From an uncultured delta proteobacterium (lineage in GTDB: Bacteria > Myxococcota_A > Polyangia > Polyangiales > Polyangiaceae): a DNA stretch of 64,000 bases. The notes beneath the pieces are model-generated. The model made no database searches and was not told the origin of the DNA. It worked only from the letters and a program-made list of their open reading frames with translations. The position numbers were made by a program, and so were the translations under genes. The stretch lies in NCBI GenBank assembly GCA_963716725.1, contig CAVQUB010000003.1, positions 192,001-256,000 on the forward strand. The letters are read 5' to 3'. This document shows, piece by piece, positions 47,596 to 56,805 of this stretch (position 1 is its first letter; every line of letters begins with the position of its first letter).

Positions 47596-49488
47596 CTATT
47601 TCTTCTTCATGGTGGGGGGCGGGAGGGGATCCGGCGGCGGCGGCGGCGGCGGTCTGAAGCCGGTGTTCGTGGTGGTCGGCGGCGGAGGTGGATCCATGGG
47701 CGGCACCAGATCCGGCGGTGGCTGCGCGAACTCCGACGCATCCGGCTTGGGCTGGATCTCGAGGGCCTGACCCGCGTCTGCCAGGACGGGCGGGCCTTCG
47801 TGCTGCTCGCGCATGTGGGGCGGCGGCAGCGGATCGGGCGGCGGCGGCGCCAGCGGATCACAGGCCAAGGGAGTGAGCGCGATGGCAGCTGCGGCGGCCG
47901 CGCCCCAGCGCGGAACCGCGCGGGTCCTGGCCACGCCATGCACCGCACTCGAGATGGCGTGACTCACCTCGGCGACGCGGGCTCCAAGGGAGCGGTTCGC
48001 GCGCTCGACCTCCTCGAAGACAATGCCCGAGAAATCGTCGAAGGCCGCGGCATCGAGCGACGGCGGCGACTCGGCAAAATCGACGATCTCGTTCATGCGC
48101 GCCACCGAGTCCAGGTTCACCTGCCGGATGGTTTCGATCGTGCGAGCATGGAGCGTCGAGGTCCGCGCCTTCGGATAAAACTGCCGCAGCAAGTGCCAGT
48201 AGTAGCCGAGCGACAGGTTGCTGTTCATCAGCCCGTCGCAACGGAAGTTCCGATCGAGGAAGGTCCTCGCGAAAATGCGAAAGGCGCGCTCCGCCGCTGG
48301 GTCGCTGATCTCGTAGTCCCACCCGAAGACGTCGCCCACCAGCCGCTGCTCGCGCGCGAGCTTCTGGTGGAGCGGCGTGCCCGGGTAGATCTCGGTTCGG
48401 CAGAAGTTCATCGGCACGTCGGCGTTGCGCTTCAAGAAGGCGAGGCTCTCGCGCAGCGACCGAATGCGGGTCTCCGGATCGAAGATCAGCATGTTGAAGC
48501 AGGCGTAGACGTCGATCTCGCGCAAGAAATCCAGGGCGCGTTGGTTCTGCGCGATGTCCACGCCGCGCCCGAGAGTCTTGAGCCCCTGGGTGCTGCCGGC
48601 CTCGATCCCGATGTACATGCGCAGCAGCCCGATCTCCCGCAGCACGCGGAACACCTCGGTGTCGAGATCGTCGGGACGGGCTTTGAGCACCAAGGCGACG
48701 TCGTTCACACCACGCCGCCGGAATGCGTCGCGCAAGCTCGTGACGCGCGCCAGGTCGCGGACGGCGTTGCGGGTGAAGAAGTCGTCATCGTGAAACACGA
48801 GCATTCGTGCGCCGCGCTCGCTACGCACCGCGGCGACCTCGTCAGCGACGTTGTCTGCGCTGCGCGAGCGGTAGCGCTCTCCCCCTGCGTCGGCGATGTA
48901 GGCGTGGATGCAGCAGAAGGTGCAGTGGCCATAGCAGCCTCGGGTACCCACCAAGAACGCCGCAGGGATGCCCATGTGCAGCTGCGGCTCCCCGGTACGC
49001 ACCGGGAAGTGAATCGCGTCGAGGTCCGATGCCAGCGGCCGAGGCGGGGCTGCGTAGATGCTGCCATCCGGCCGGCGCTGCACCAGACCGGCCACGTCGT
49101 CCAGTGACGCACCGAGCCGCTCGCACAACTCGACCAGGGTCGACTCGCCCTCGTGTCGCACGACGCTGTCGATGCTGGGAAAGCGCTCCAGCACCTCGCG
49201 ATAGGCAAAGGTGGGGAAGTGCCCGCCAACCGTCAGGTGTCCCGAAAAGCCTCCGTCGCGCAGGCTTCCCGCGAGCTGCCCAAACTCCTCGGCACGCCGC
49301 TGAAACGTCATCGACAAGCCGATCACGTCAGGCTCGAAGCGACGCGCGGCCTCGTGCACCGTCGCCGTGTCCGCCGGCGATGAGAAGGGCGCCAGCTCGC
49401 TGCGATGCCCGGCCGCATCGAGCGCCGACGCGAGGTAACGAATCGCCAGGTTCTCCTCCAACTCCGACCCCACGAGCAGCACTTTCAT
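47596..49488 (-). CDS. Cobalamin-dependent radical SAM protein with fused signal-like, Pro-rich DPxPPP tail
   Basis: B12-binding N-domain (ENLAIRYLAS, IGLS, VGGHFP), TRGCYGHCTFC (CxxxCxxC), DDDF, GIEAG, IYPGTP. Confidence 0.92.
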   Translation of the reverse strand: MKVLLVGSELEENLAIRYLASALDAAGHRSELAPFSSPADTATVHEAARRFEPDVIGLSMTFQRRAEEFGQLAGSLRDGGFSGHLTVGGHFPTFAYREVLERFPSIDSVVRHEGESTLVELCERLGASLDDVAGLVQRRPDGSIYAAPPRPLASDLDAIHFPVRTGEPQLHMGIPAAFLVGTRGCYGHCTFCCIHAYIADAGGERYRSRSADNVADEVAAVRSERGARMLVFHDDDFFTRNAVRDLARVTSLRDAFRRRGVNDVALVLKARPDDLDTEVFRVLREIGLLRMYIGIEAGSTQGLKTLGRGVDIAQNQRALDFLREIDVYACFNMLIFDPETRIRSLRESLAFLKRNADVPMNFCRTEIYPGTPLHQKLAREQRLVGDVFGWDYEISDPAAERAFRIFARTFLDRNFRCDGLMNSNLSLGYYWHLLRQFYPKARTSTLHARTIETIRQVNLDSVARMNEIVDFAESPPSLDAAAFDDFSGIVFEEVERANRSLGARVAEVSHAISSAVHGVARTRAVPRWGAAAAAAIALTPLACDPLAPPPPDPLPPPHMREQHEGPPVLADAGQALEIQPKPDASEFAQPPPDLVPPMDPPPPPTTTNTGFRPPPPPPPDPLPPPTMKKK

Positions 49489-49600
49489 GCGCGACCTCCC
49501 AGGCGGTGAGTCTGCCAGACTTCAATCGATCTGGAGGTCCAATAATGCGGTGGCGCCGGAGACGCGCTCGACCCACGCGGGCCTGTGCTATTTTGCGCTG

Positions 49601-50830
49601 ATGCGCGGTCGATTTCTGGGTGTTGCTCTGTTCACGCTGTCGAGCCTGGCGAGCGCCTACGACGAGAACCACGTGTTCATCACCAATCGCGGTGGCAACA
49701 ACGTGCTCGAGCTCGACGAGAACCTGACCTACGTCAAGAGCTGGTTCGACGGGGCGGCCCTCAGCGTGCCCAACGGCATGGCCTTCGATCCTCTCGACCG
49801 CCTCTACTTGGCCGACACGGGCAACGACCGCATCGTCGTGTTCGACGACAAGGGCGCCGTCGTCACGACCTGGGGCACGAAGACGCTCTTGGCGCCGCAG
49901 GTCGAGAGCTTGAACTTCAACGCGGCGGGCAGGTTGTTCGCCAGCGCCAACCCAGGCAACGGCACGGTCGCAAGCTGGAAGAACGACGGCAGCGACCAGA
50001 AGGTGTTTGTCAGCGACTCGTCCTACCTGAGCCTGGGCAACGTGAACTTCAGCATGGGCGGCAACGTGCTGCTCGCGGACTTCTCGGGCTCCCGCGGCGT
50101 GCGCGAGCTGAACCCAACGACCGGCGCGCTCATCACCGAGTTCGGACAGGGCACGAGCAAACACGAAGACATGGTCGTCGACGCCGACGACAACGTCTTC
50201 GTCTCGGCGTTCACCCAGAACAAGATCCTGAAGTTCGACGCCACGCGAAAGCAGGTGGGAACCTATTCTCCTCCGGGTTTGGTTCAGCCCACTGGCATCG
50301 TCTTGACCGCCGGCTGCAAGCTGCTCGTGGCCTCGTTTGGCACCCACGAGATCTTCGAGCTCGACTATGACGGCACCTTCATCAAGAAGTTCACGGTTCC
50401 CGGCTTGTCGCTGCCCGAGAGCTTGGTGATCGCGAAGCTCTCGGTGGCCGGATCGATTTCCCTCGGCAAGGCCGTGCCGGACTGCGAGGGGCCCGACGGC
50501 GGCAGCGGTGGCGCGAGCGGCGGCGCCGGCGGCAGCGCGGGCAGCGGTGGCGCGAGCGGCGGCGCCGGCGGCACCGCGGGCGGCGGCGGGGCGGCCGGCA
50601 GCGGCGGCGCCAGCTCGGGGGGAAGCGCCGGCAAGGGCGGCGGCTCCGCGGCGACGGGTGGCGCGGCGAGCGGCGGCGCTCCGGCGAAGGGCGCCACGAC
50701 CTCCGACGACGATGGCGGCTGCGGCTGTCGCGCGGCCCGATCAGATCCGCGTTCGAGCCTCGCCAGCGCCTTGATGCTGCTCGGGGTGGCGCTCTTGCGC
50801 CGGAAGCGCTCGCGTCTCGACGCCGAGTAA
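49601..50830 (+). CDS. NHL-repeat beta-propeller with MYXO-CTERM sorting signal
   Basis: Signal peptide; P.GMAFD...LYLADTGNDRI; Gly linker; GGCGCR-TM-RRKR tail. Confidence 0.9.
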   Translation: MRGRFLGVALFTLSSLASAYDENHVFITNRGGNNVLELDENLTYVKSWFDGAALSVPNGMAFDPLDRLYLADTGNDRIVVFDDKGAVVTTWGTKTLLAPQVESLNFNAAGRLFASANPGNGTVASWKNDGSDQKVFVSDSSYLSLGNVNFSMGGNVLLADFSGSRGVRELNPTTGALITEFGQGTSKHEDMVVDADDNVFVSAFTQNKILKFDATRKQVGTYSPPGLVQPTGIVLTAGCKLLVASFGTHEIFELDYDGTFIKKFTVPGLSLPESLVIAKLSVAGSISLGKAVPDCEGPDGGSGGASGGAGGSAGSGGASGGAGGTAGGGGAAGSGGASSGGSAGKGGGSAATGGAASGGAPAKGATTSDDDGGCGCRAARSDPRSSLASALMLLGVALLRRKRSRLDAE

Positions 50831-50851
50831 AAGTCGCGCGAGGCTCGGCGC

Positions 50852-53344
50852 ATGCTTCAAGGCCTGCGTTGGCTGACGGCGCTTCCGCTCGCATTCGTGA
50901 CGATCGGCTGCGACGACGAACATCTCGAACGTGGCCCGCTCCTGGTGTCCGATGGCGCCAGCGTGCAGGTTCGGCTCTCGCCCTTCGGGCTCGAGATCCG
51001 AGATGCGGACCAGCGGCCCGTGCTGGAGACCACTCGCGGCAGCCGCGACGATGGCTACGGGGGTCCCGGCGTCACGGTGGACAGCCCCGACTTCGTCTCC
51101 CAGGTGTTGCCGGGCTGGGACGGCTACCGTGCCAATGAAGCACCTTGGCACAGCGGGCTGGTGGCCACGGTGCGCGAGGCGGACCAGACGTCGGTGGTGC
51201 TGGATCTCGATGGCGACGGCACACATATGGTGTTTCGCGTGCAGGTCGAGGCGTCCCGCGTGCGGCTGTCCCTCGGCGCCGGCGCCAGCGCGGGCGGCTC
51301 CGACGCGCTGAACAAGACCACTCTTGGATTTCGCTCTCACCCCGACGAGAGCTTCTTCGGGATGGGTGAGCGCTTCGGCGAGGTCGATCATCGGGGCTGG
51401 CCCATCTACAGCTACGCCGAAGAAGGGGCCCTGGGCAGAGGCGAGAACACACCCATTGGCGAGGAAAACCCCTTTCCGAACGGGCCGAGCATGACCTATT
51501 TCCCGGTCCCCTTCTTCATGTCGAGCCGCGGCTACGCCGTGCACGCCGACACGACCTACCGCAGCGAGGTGCACTTCACCTCCGAGCGCGAAGACGCCTG
51601 GCGCCTCGCCGTCAACGCCGATCACTTCGACGCGACGGTGTACGTCAACGCCGATCCACTGCTGAGCCTCGATCAGTACACGGAGGACACGGGGCGGCCG
51701 CCCGTGCCCGCGCAGTGGGTGTTCGGACCCCGACGCCGCGTGGGTTCGAATTCGATGGTCGACGGTGTGCCCGAGTGGAAGCTGATGCGCGACCGCGACG
51801 TGCCCTGCACCGGCGTGGACGACTCCGTGCATTTTCTGCCCGCGCTCTCCCACAAGGGCCGTGAAGCGGAGCTCTCCGCCTGGACCTCTGCCGCCCACGC
51901 CGCGGGCTACAAGGTCATGGCGTACAACAACCCCTACGTCGCCTCGAACCACGACAACGCGCTCGACGACTACGCCTACGGCAAACAGCAGGGCTTCTTC
52001 GTCAAAGGGCCCGACGGCCAGCCGACGCTCACCGAGTTCATCTCGGGACAGCTGCTCGAAGTCGCGGCCATCGATCTGACGAACCCCGCCGCCGACGCCT
52101 GGTTCCAGAGCCTGCTGAAGCGCACGCTCGATCTCGGCTACGACGGCTGGATGCACGACTTCGGCGAGTACACGCCGCGCGACGCGGTGTTCCACGACGG
52201 GCGGCGCGGGGACGAGGTGCATGACGAGTATCCCGTGCTGTCGGCCAAGTCGGCCCACGATCTGTTGGAGCGCGAACGACCGGGCGACTACCTCTTCTTC
52301 GTGCGATCGGGCTACAGCGGAACCCAGCGTTGGGTTCCCGCGGTGTGGGGCGGCGACGCCGAAGCAAACTTCGACGAGAGCCAAGGTTTGCCGTCAACGC
52401 TGCGCGCCGGCATCAGCCTGTCGATGAGCGGCGTGCCCTATTGGGGCAGCGACATGACGGGCTTCAAATGCCTGACCGCAGCGCCCCGTGACAAAGAGGT
52501 CTTCTTGCGCTGGGTCGAGTTCGGCGCGGTTTCACCGATCATGATGGAACAGAACGCCTGCTCGAACCCCCTCGGCAAGCAGACCAAGTGGTCGCTCTGG
52601 AAGGACGACGAAACCGTCGAGGTCTACTCGCGCTACGCGCGGCTACACACTCGCCTGCAACCGTACTTTCTCACGCTGGCGCGCGAGGCAAACGCCAGCG
52701 GTCGCCCGCTCTCGCTGCACCCGTTTCTGATCTTTCCCGAGTCGCCTGCGGCCCGCGCCGTCGACGATGCGTACTATCTCGGGCCCGCGCTCTACACGTC
52801 GCCGGTGGTGCGGCGGGGGCAGCTCGACAAGAAGACCTGGCTACCCCCGGGACGCTTCGTGCACTTCGACACTTACGAGCTCTTCGCCGGCGACCAAGTC
52901 GTCAGCATCGCCGCGCCCCTCGGCCGGCTCCCGCTCCTGCTCGTCGAAAACCAAATCCTCCCGCTGCTCGACCCCAGCATCGACACCTTGGTGCCCGCAA
53001 CCGACGCTGACGTGGTCAGCCTCGACGATGTCGCCGATCGCCTCGACGTGAAGGTCGTGCTCGGCGCGAGCGGGCAGGCGCGGCTCGAGCTCGCAGACGG
53101 CACGGTGCTGGAGGCGGTGCGTGCCAGCCAAGACGCGGGCAACCCCGACGCCCTGGCCAAGGTCACCGACAGTGAAATTGCGAATTGCACGGCCTGCTTC
53201 ATCGACGACCAGAAGGGCGATACGAAGCGAGTGCGCGTGACCACCGCGTTGGCGTCGGGCTCGGACCTGCGTTGGGGCGATCTGCGGCTGGTGGTCAGCG
53301 GCGGTCCGGCGCGCCGAGTGCGCTGGGAAGTGCTGCGGCTCTGA
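50852..53344 (+). CDS. Glycoside hydrolase family 31 lipoprotein
   Basis: Lipobox TIGC; FFGMGE, PVPFFMSS, TGRPP.P.W, IDLTNP, WMHDFGE, WGGD, GSDMTGF. Confidence 0.92.
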   Translation: MLQGLRWLTALPLAFVTIGCDDEHLERGPLLVSDGASVQVRLSPFGLEIRDADQRPVLETTRGSRDDGYGGPGVTVDSPDFVSQVLPGWDGYRANEAPWHSGLVATVREADQTSVVLDLDGDGTHMVFRVQVEASRVRLSLGAGASAGGSDALNKTTLGFRSHPDESFFGMGERFGEVDHRGWPIYSYAEEGALGRGENTPIGEENPFPNGPSMTYFPVPFFMSSRGYAVHADTTYRSEVHFTSEREDAWRLAVNADHFDATVYVNADPLLSLDQYTEDTGRPPVPAQWVFGPRRRVGSNSMVDGVPEWKLMRDRDVPCTGVDDSVHFLPALSHKGREAELSAWTSAAHAAGYKVMAYNNPYVASNHDNALDDYAYGKQQGFFVKGPDGQPTLTEFISGQLLEVAAIDLTNPAADAWFQSLLKRTLDLGYDGWMHDFGEYTPRDAVFHDGRRGDEVHDEYPVLSAKSAHDLLERERPGDYLFFVRSGYSGTQRWVPAVWGGDAEANFDESQGLPSTLRAGISLSMSGVPYWGSDMTGFKCLTAAPRDKEVFLRWVEFGAVSPIMMEQNACSNPLGKQTKWSLWKDDETVEVYSRYARLHTRLQPYFLTLAREANASGRPLSLHPFLIFPESPAARAVDDAYYLGPALYTSPVVRRGQLDKKTWLPPGRFVHFDTYELFAGDQVVSIAAPLGRLPLLLVENQILPLLDPSIDTLVPATDADVVSLDDVADRLDVKVVLGASGQARLELADGTVLEAVRASQDAGNPDALAKVTDSEIANCTACFIDDQKGDTKRVRVTTALASGSDLRWGDLRLVVSGGPARRVRWEVLRL

Positions 53345-53377
53345 GCCCGGGAGGGGTCGCGACTCTCGGTCGTGGGC

Positions 53378-53743
53378 TCACTCCGCGGAGAGCGCTTGCG
53401 TCTTCACTTCGTCGAGCACCGTACTGAGCTCGGTGAGCGCGTTGGCCTTTCCGCTGGCTACCGATGAGGCCTGCTTCCGATATCCGAGATAGGCATTGCC
53501 GAGTCGGCGCATGGCACCGGTCAGTTGATCGACGCGCGCGGAGTCGGCCGTGGTTCCCTTGAAGACGCCCGCGGCGAGTCGATCCGTCGTTCCGAGCCGC
53601 GCGACCAAGCGCGACGCGCTGTCTTTGAGCGGATCAGGCGCAATGTCCGCCTCGTCCCAGTTTGCCAACCGAAGCGTGGCTTCGAGCGACTCGACGAGCT
53701 CCTCGAGAGCTTTTCGGAAAACCACGATCCGTTTGTCTTTCAT
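53378..53743 (-). CDS. Small helical hypothetical protein
   Basis: ATG at 53743 (MKDKRIVVF); amphipathic helices. Confidence 0.7.
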   Translation of the reverse strand: MKDKRIVVFRKALEELVESLEATLRLANWDEADIAPDPLKDSASRLVARLGTTDRLAAGVFKGTTADSARVDQLTGAMRRLGNAYLGYRKQASSVASGKANALTELSTVLDEVKTQALSAE

Positions 53744-54040
53744 GTTCGTGACGAACTCGTAGCACCAAAACACCCCAGGTCTGACGATTGATTCGAAAGC
53801 GGTGTGAAATGGCTCCGCGCCGCCAAGCTCGGGGCGAATTGCAGCTGCGAGCCGCCGACTTCGTCACTCTCGCCACCCGGACTGACGTACGCGCGTGCGT
53901 CACGGGCGACCGAGCAGCGCGCGTTCCCCTGGGGCCGGAGCGCTTCCCTTGATGAGCAAGCTGCAACCCGAAGACTCGCTCCCAGAAGAGGAAGGCCATC
54001 TTGGCTGACGTTCGCGGAGTGAAAAGGCCAAGCGCGTGGG

Positions 54041-55237
54041 CTATCGCACGACGAGGCGCGCCCAGTCGCCGGTCGGAAAACTCGTCTCGTTGGCGAGAAC
54101 CGCCACGGCATAGCCGAGCCTTGGGTAGACCCGAAGCTCGGAGCGATATCCGCCTCCGCCTCCCAGGTGGTACGCGAACGGCTCCCCGCCGATCTGCCCC
54201 AGGTGCCAGCCGAGCCCGATCTCGGTTGCCTTGCCGCCGGACGTGACGAACGGCGTGAGCATGGTCGAAATCGTCGCCGTGGAGAGGAACACCCCGCCAG
54301 GCCCAAGCCCGTCGGCCAACACCATCTCGGCGAGCGCGAGCAGATCGTCGACCGGGCCGCTGAGGCCACCGTACGGCGCCCCATCGACGTCGAAGGGTCT
54401 GAGAACGCGATACGGACCAGCGCTTCCGTCAAAGAAGCGCCCATCGAGCATCCAACGTGCCGCGAGGCCCATGAAGCTCAGGCGCCGCTGGTAGCCAGTA
54501 GCCCTCTCGGATCTACCCCCGAAGGCCGAAGCTGCGCAGCCCAGGGGCTCGAGCACGTCCTTGGTGATGTGCTCTTGGAAGGTTTCGCCCGACTCGCGCT
54601 CGACGATGAGCCCGAGCAACAGGTAGCCCAGGTTCGAGTACGAGGACTTCTCGCCAGGGACGAAGGCGAGGTCGGGAGCCGTGCCGACTCGCTGCCGAAC
54701 CATGTCGGCAAGCGAGGGAGGCGGTTCGGTGGTCAAGTGGACCCACGACACGGGAATCGGGTTTCTGAGCCCCGCGCCGTGCGCGAGAAGGTGCCGCACG
54801 GTGGCGTCGCGGCCCGAGCGCGCCACCCTTACTTCCGGCAGGTAGCGGCTCACGGGGGCATCGAGGTCGATGCGCTTGGCCTCGACCAGCCGCATGATCG
54901 CCATCGCCGTGAAGAGCTTGGTGATCGAGAACCATGCGAAGGGCGTCGATCGAGAGACCGGAGTGTTGCTCCTGACATCGGCGAGCCCGGCACTTCGCAC
55001 CGTTTTCGTGCCGCCGCGCCGCAGCGTCCCTACGACGACGCCAGGCGCGTCGGTCGCGCCGGCGAGCGCGCGTTCGAGCTCGCCCACGCCTACGTTCTCC
55101 AACCGCGTTGTCGCGCACCCGAACAGGTTCATGGCGATCACCATCGCGGCCAGCTGGTGCGGTGGAACAACTAGGAGAACGGGCTGCTCGAGAACTCTCT
55201 CGGTGATCAACCCGCCTGGATCCCGGCCCGAAGGCAA
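54041..55237 (-). CDS. Serine hydrolase, beta-lactamase family
   Basis: SITK (SxxK), LLAH.AG, YSN, HLG; possible lipobox LFGC; start codon uncertain. Confidence 0.88.
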   Translation of the reverse strand: MPSGRDPGGLITERVLEQPVLLVVPPHQLAAMVIAMNLFGCATTRLENVGVGELERALAGATDAPGVVVGTLRRGGTKTVRSAGLADVRSNTPVSRSTPFAWFSITKLFTAMAIMRLVEAKRIDLDAPVSRYLPEVRVARSGRDATVRHLLAHGAGLRNPIPVSWVHLTTEPPPSLADMVRQRVGTAPDLAFVPGEKSSYSNLGYLLLGLIVERESGETFQEHITKDVLEPLGCAASAFGGRSERATGYQRRLSFMGLAARWMLDGRFFDGSAGPYRVLRPFDVDGAPYGGLSGPVDDLLALAEMVLADGLGPGGVFLSTATISTMLTPFVTSGGKATEIGLGWHLGQIGGEPFAYHLGGGGGYRSELRVYPRLGYAVAVLANETSFPTGDWARLVVR

Positions 55238-55353
55238 GGTGGATGTGTATCATACCAAGCACGTGATCGTGCGGTGCGGTGCGACCAGGGTCGCGGCAAA
55301 CCGCTGTCGAACGGACCGGACACAGGGCCAGCAGCAGTCGTTGGCCCGCGCGA

Positions 55354-56433
55354 TCAATTCGATCGCGTGCACATCGACACGACGAGCTCGCTGCTGAACG
55401 GGCCAGACGGCCCCTGGCCCTTCAGCCGCGCGAAGAGCAGCGGTGGAGGCTCGGGGAAGGCTGCATCCATCGGCTGCTGCGCGGGGCAGGATTCTCCCAG
55501 CAGGTCCTGGTCGCTCGTCGCGTCGACGCTGGTCGAGTGCTCACCCGTAGCCGGGATCGTGGTCTCGATCAGGTGGAGGGACCAACCGCTGGTGTCGAAG
55601 GGCGCGATGGGAGCGGAGCTGCCGAATGAATACTGAAACGGCACGATACGGATGTCGCCCGAGACCGATCCCAGCCCGGGTCCGGCCGCATGCGGGACGT
55701 GACCGTGGAGCGTCGTCATCGTGAAGGGACCCGCCGGTTGCACCATCGCGTTGCCAAAGGCCGACGGATGGGTGAGCCCGCTGTGGCATGTCAGCACCAC
55801 GCGCGGCGGCCAGGCGCTTCCGAATTCGACGCCTGAGCCGCACTTGGCCTCGAAGCTGCCGCCGTCTGCCTTGCCCTTCACGATGATTCCGTAGGGCTCG
55901 ATGCGATCGAGCTCGTCTTTGCAGCGAGTGCCGATCTCCGGCGCGGCGTCGGCGCTCGCCCACAGCTTGTAGTCCCAGGACTTCTGGGCGCCGCCGCTGG
56001 CGGTGAGGGTCTGCGCGACGCTCTTGTCCGGGCGCACCAGCTCGATGCTCTCGGGCATGAGGCAGGTGTCATTGCCCGAACTCAGGCGACCCCTCACCTG
56101 CAGGTGCGCCGGCTTGCCCGGCATCTCGAGCAACGCGAGGCTGACATCGTCGCAGAGCACCGTAACCTTGGCGCTGCCGCTCGTGGGCGTGCAATCGGTC
56201 GCGCCGCCCGTGCCGCCGAGACCCGCGCTGCCGCCGACGCCCGCACCACCGGCCACGCCACCGCTACCGCCTGCGCCGGTGCCAGCATTGCCCGTTCCGC
56301 CGGTCCCGGCGCCGGCCCCGCTGCCGCCAGCGCCGCCAGCGCCGCCCGATGCGCCGCCCGACGATCCCGAGCTGCTGCACGCAACGCCCAGGCAACACAC
56401 CAAGAGTAAAGCGACCGACTGGGCTCGGAACAT
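55354..56433 (-). CDS. Hypothetical Gly-linker lipoprotein
   Basis: ATG at 56433 (MFRAQ), lipobox GVAC, Gly linker, Cys-containing domain. Confidence 0.82.
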   Translation of the reverse strand: MFRAQSVALLLVCCLGVACSSSGSSGGASGGAGGAGGSGAGAGTGGTGNAGTGAGGSGGVAGGAGVGGSAGLGGTGGATDCTPTSGSAKVTVLCDDVSLALLEMPGKPAHLQVRGRLSSGNDTCLMPESIELVRPDKSVAQTLTASGGAQKSWDYKLWASADAAPEIGTRCKDELDRIEPYGIIVKGKADGGSFEAKCGSGVEFGSAWPPRVVLTCHSGLTHPSAFGNAMVQPAGPFTMTTLHGHVPHAAGPGLGSVSGDIRIVPFQYSFGSSAPIAPFDTSGWSLHLIETTIPATGEHSTSVDATSDQDLLGESCPAQQPMDAAFPEPPPLLFARLKGQGPSGPFSSELVVSMCTRSN

Positions 56434-56570
56434 GATGGGTGCGCGTCTGATGCCCCGGCGGCTCGCCGCGTTCAAGCCAACAGGTTGGCGGCTGCGCTCA
56501 AGCAAGTCGGCGGAATCACGGGGGAACGACCCGAGGAATTTTTTTGGAATAGGCCCAGCCCCTGCGCGGT

Positions 56571-56783
56571 TGACCCAAGTGAACCTGCAAGGAGGTGTCG
56601 AAGAGTCAAGAGAACAACGGCCCTGCGTGAACCTACGAGAGCGAGCCATTGCGCGCCCTCCTCCCCGAGCCCGCCCAAACGCAAAGAAGGCGCGGCCGCC
56701 ACTCTCGAAGTGGTGAGGCTCCTGTCGTCCACGCACGGCTGCTCTCAAAAACCCCTGGTGCGCTGCACCGGGGGTTTTTTTTT
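56571..56783 (+). ncRNA. Candidate small RNA (~210 nt)
   Basis: GG-N10-GC at 56546-56559, long imperfect hairpin, ends in a U9 terminator, no convincing ORF. Confidence 0.4.
56747..56783. terminator. Bidirectional intrinsic terminator
   Basis: AAAAA-CCCCTGGTGC-GCT-GCACCGGGGG-TTTTTTTTT. Confidence 0.9.
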
Positions 56784-56805
56784 GCGTGCCTCGGGGCGAG
56801 CGAGC

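Noticed and set aside
53744..54040. 300-bp intergenic region with hairpins as an ncRNA or insertion scar
   Set aside because: Only short GC stems and an 8-bp repeat (CGTGGGCT at ~53371 and ~54034), within chance expectation; no terminator or recognisable motif
56571..56783. Naming the sRNA candidate as 6S RNA or Pxr
   Set aside because: Only vague resemblance and the usual gene context is missing; kept as an unnamed candidate
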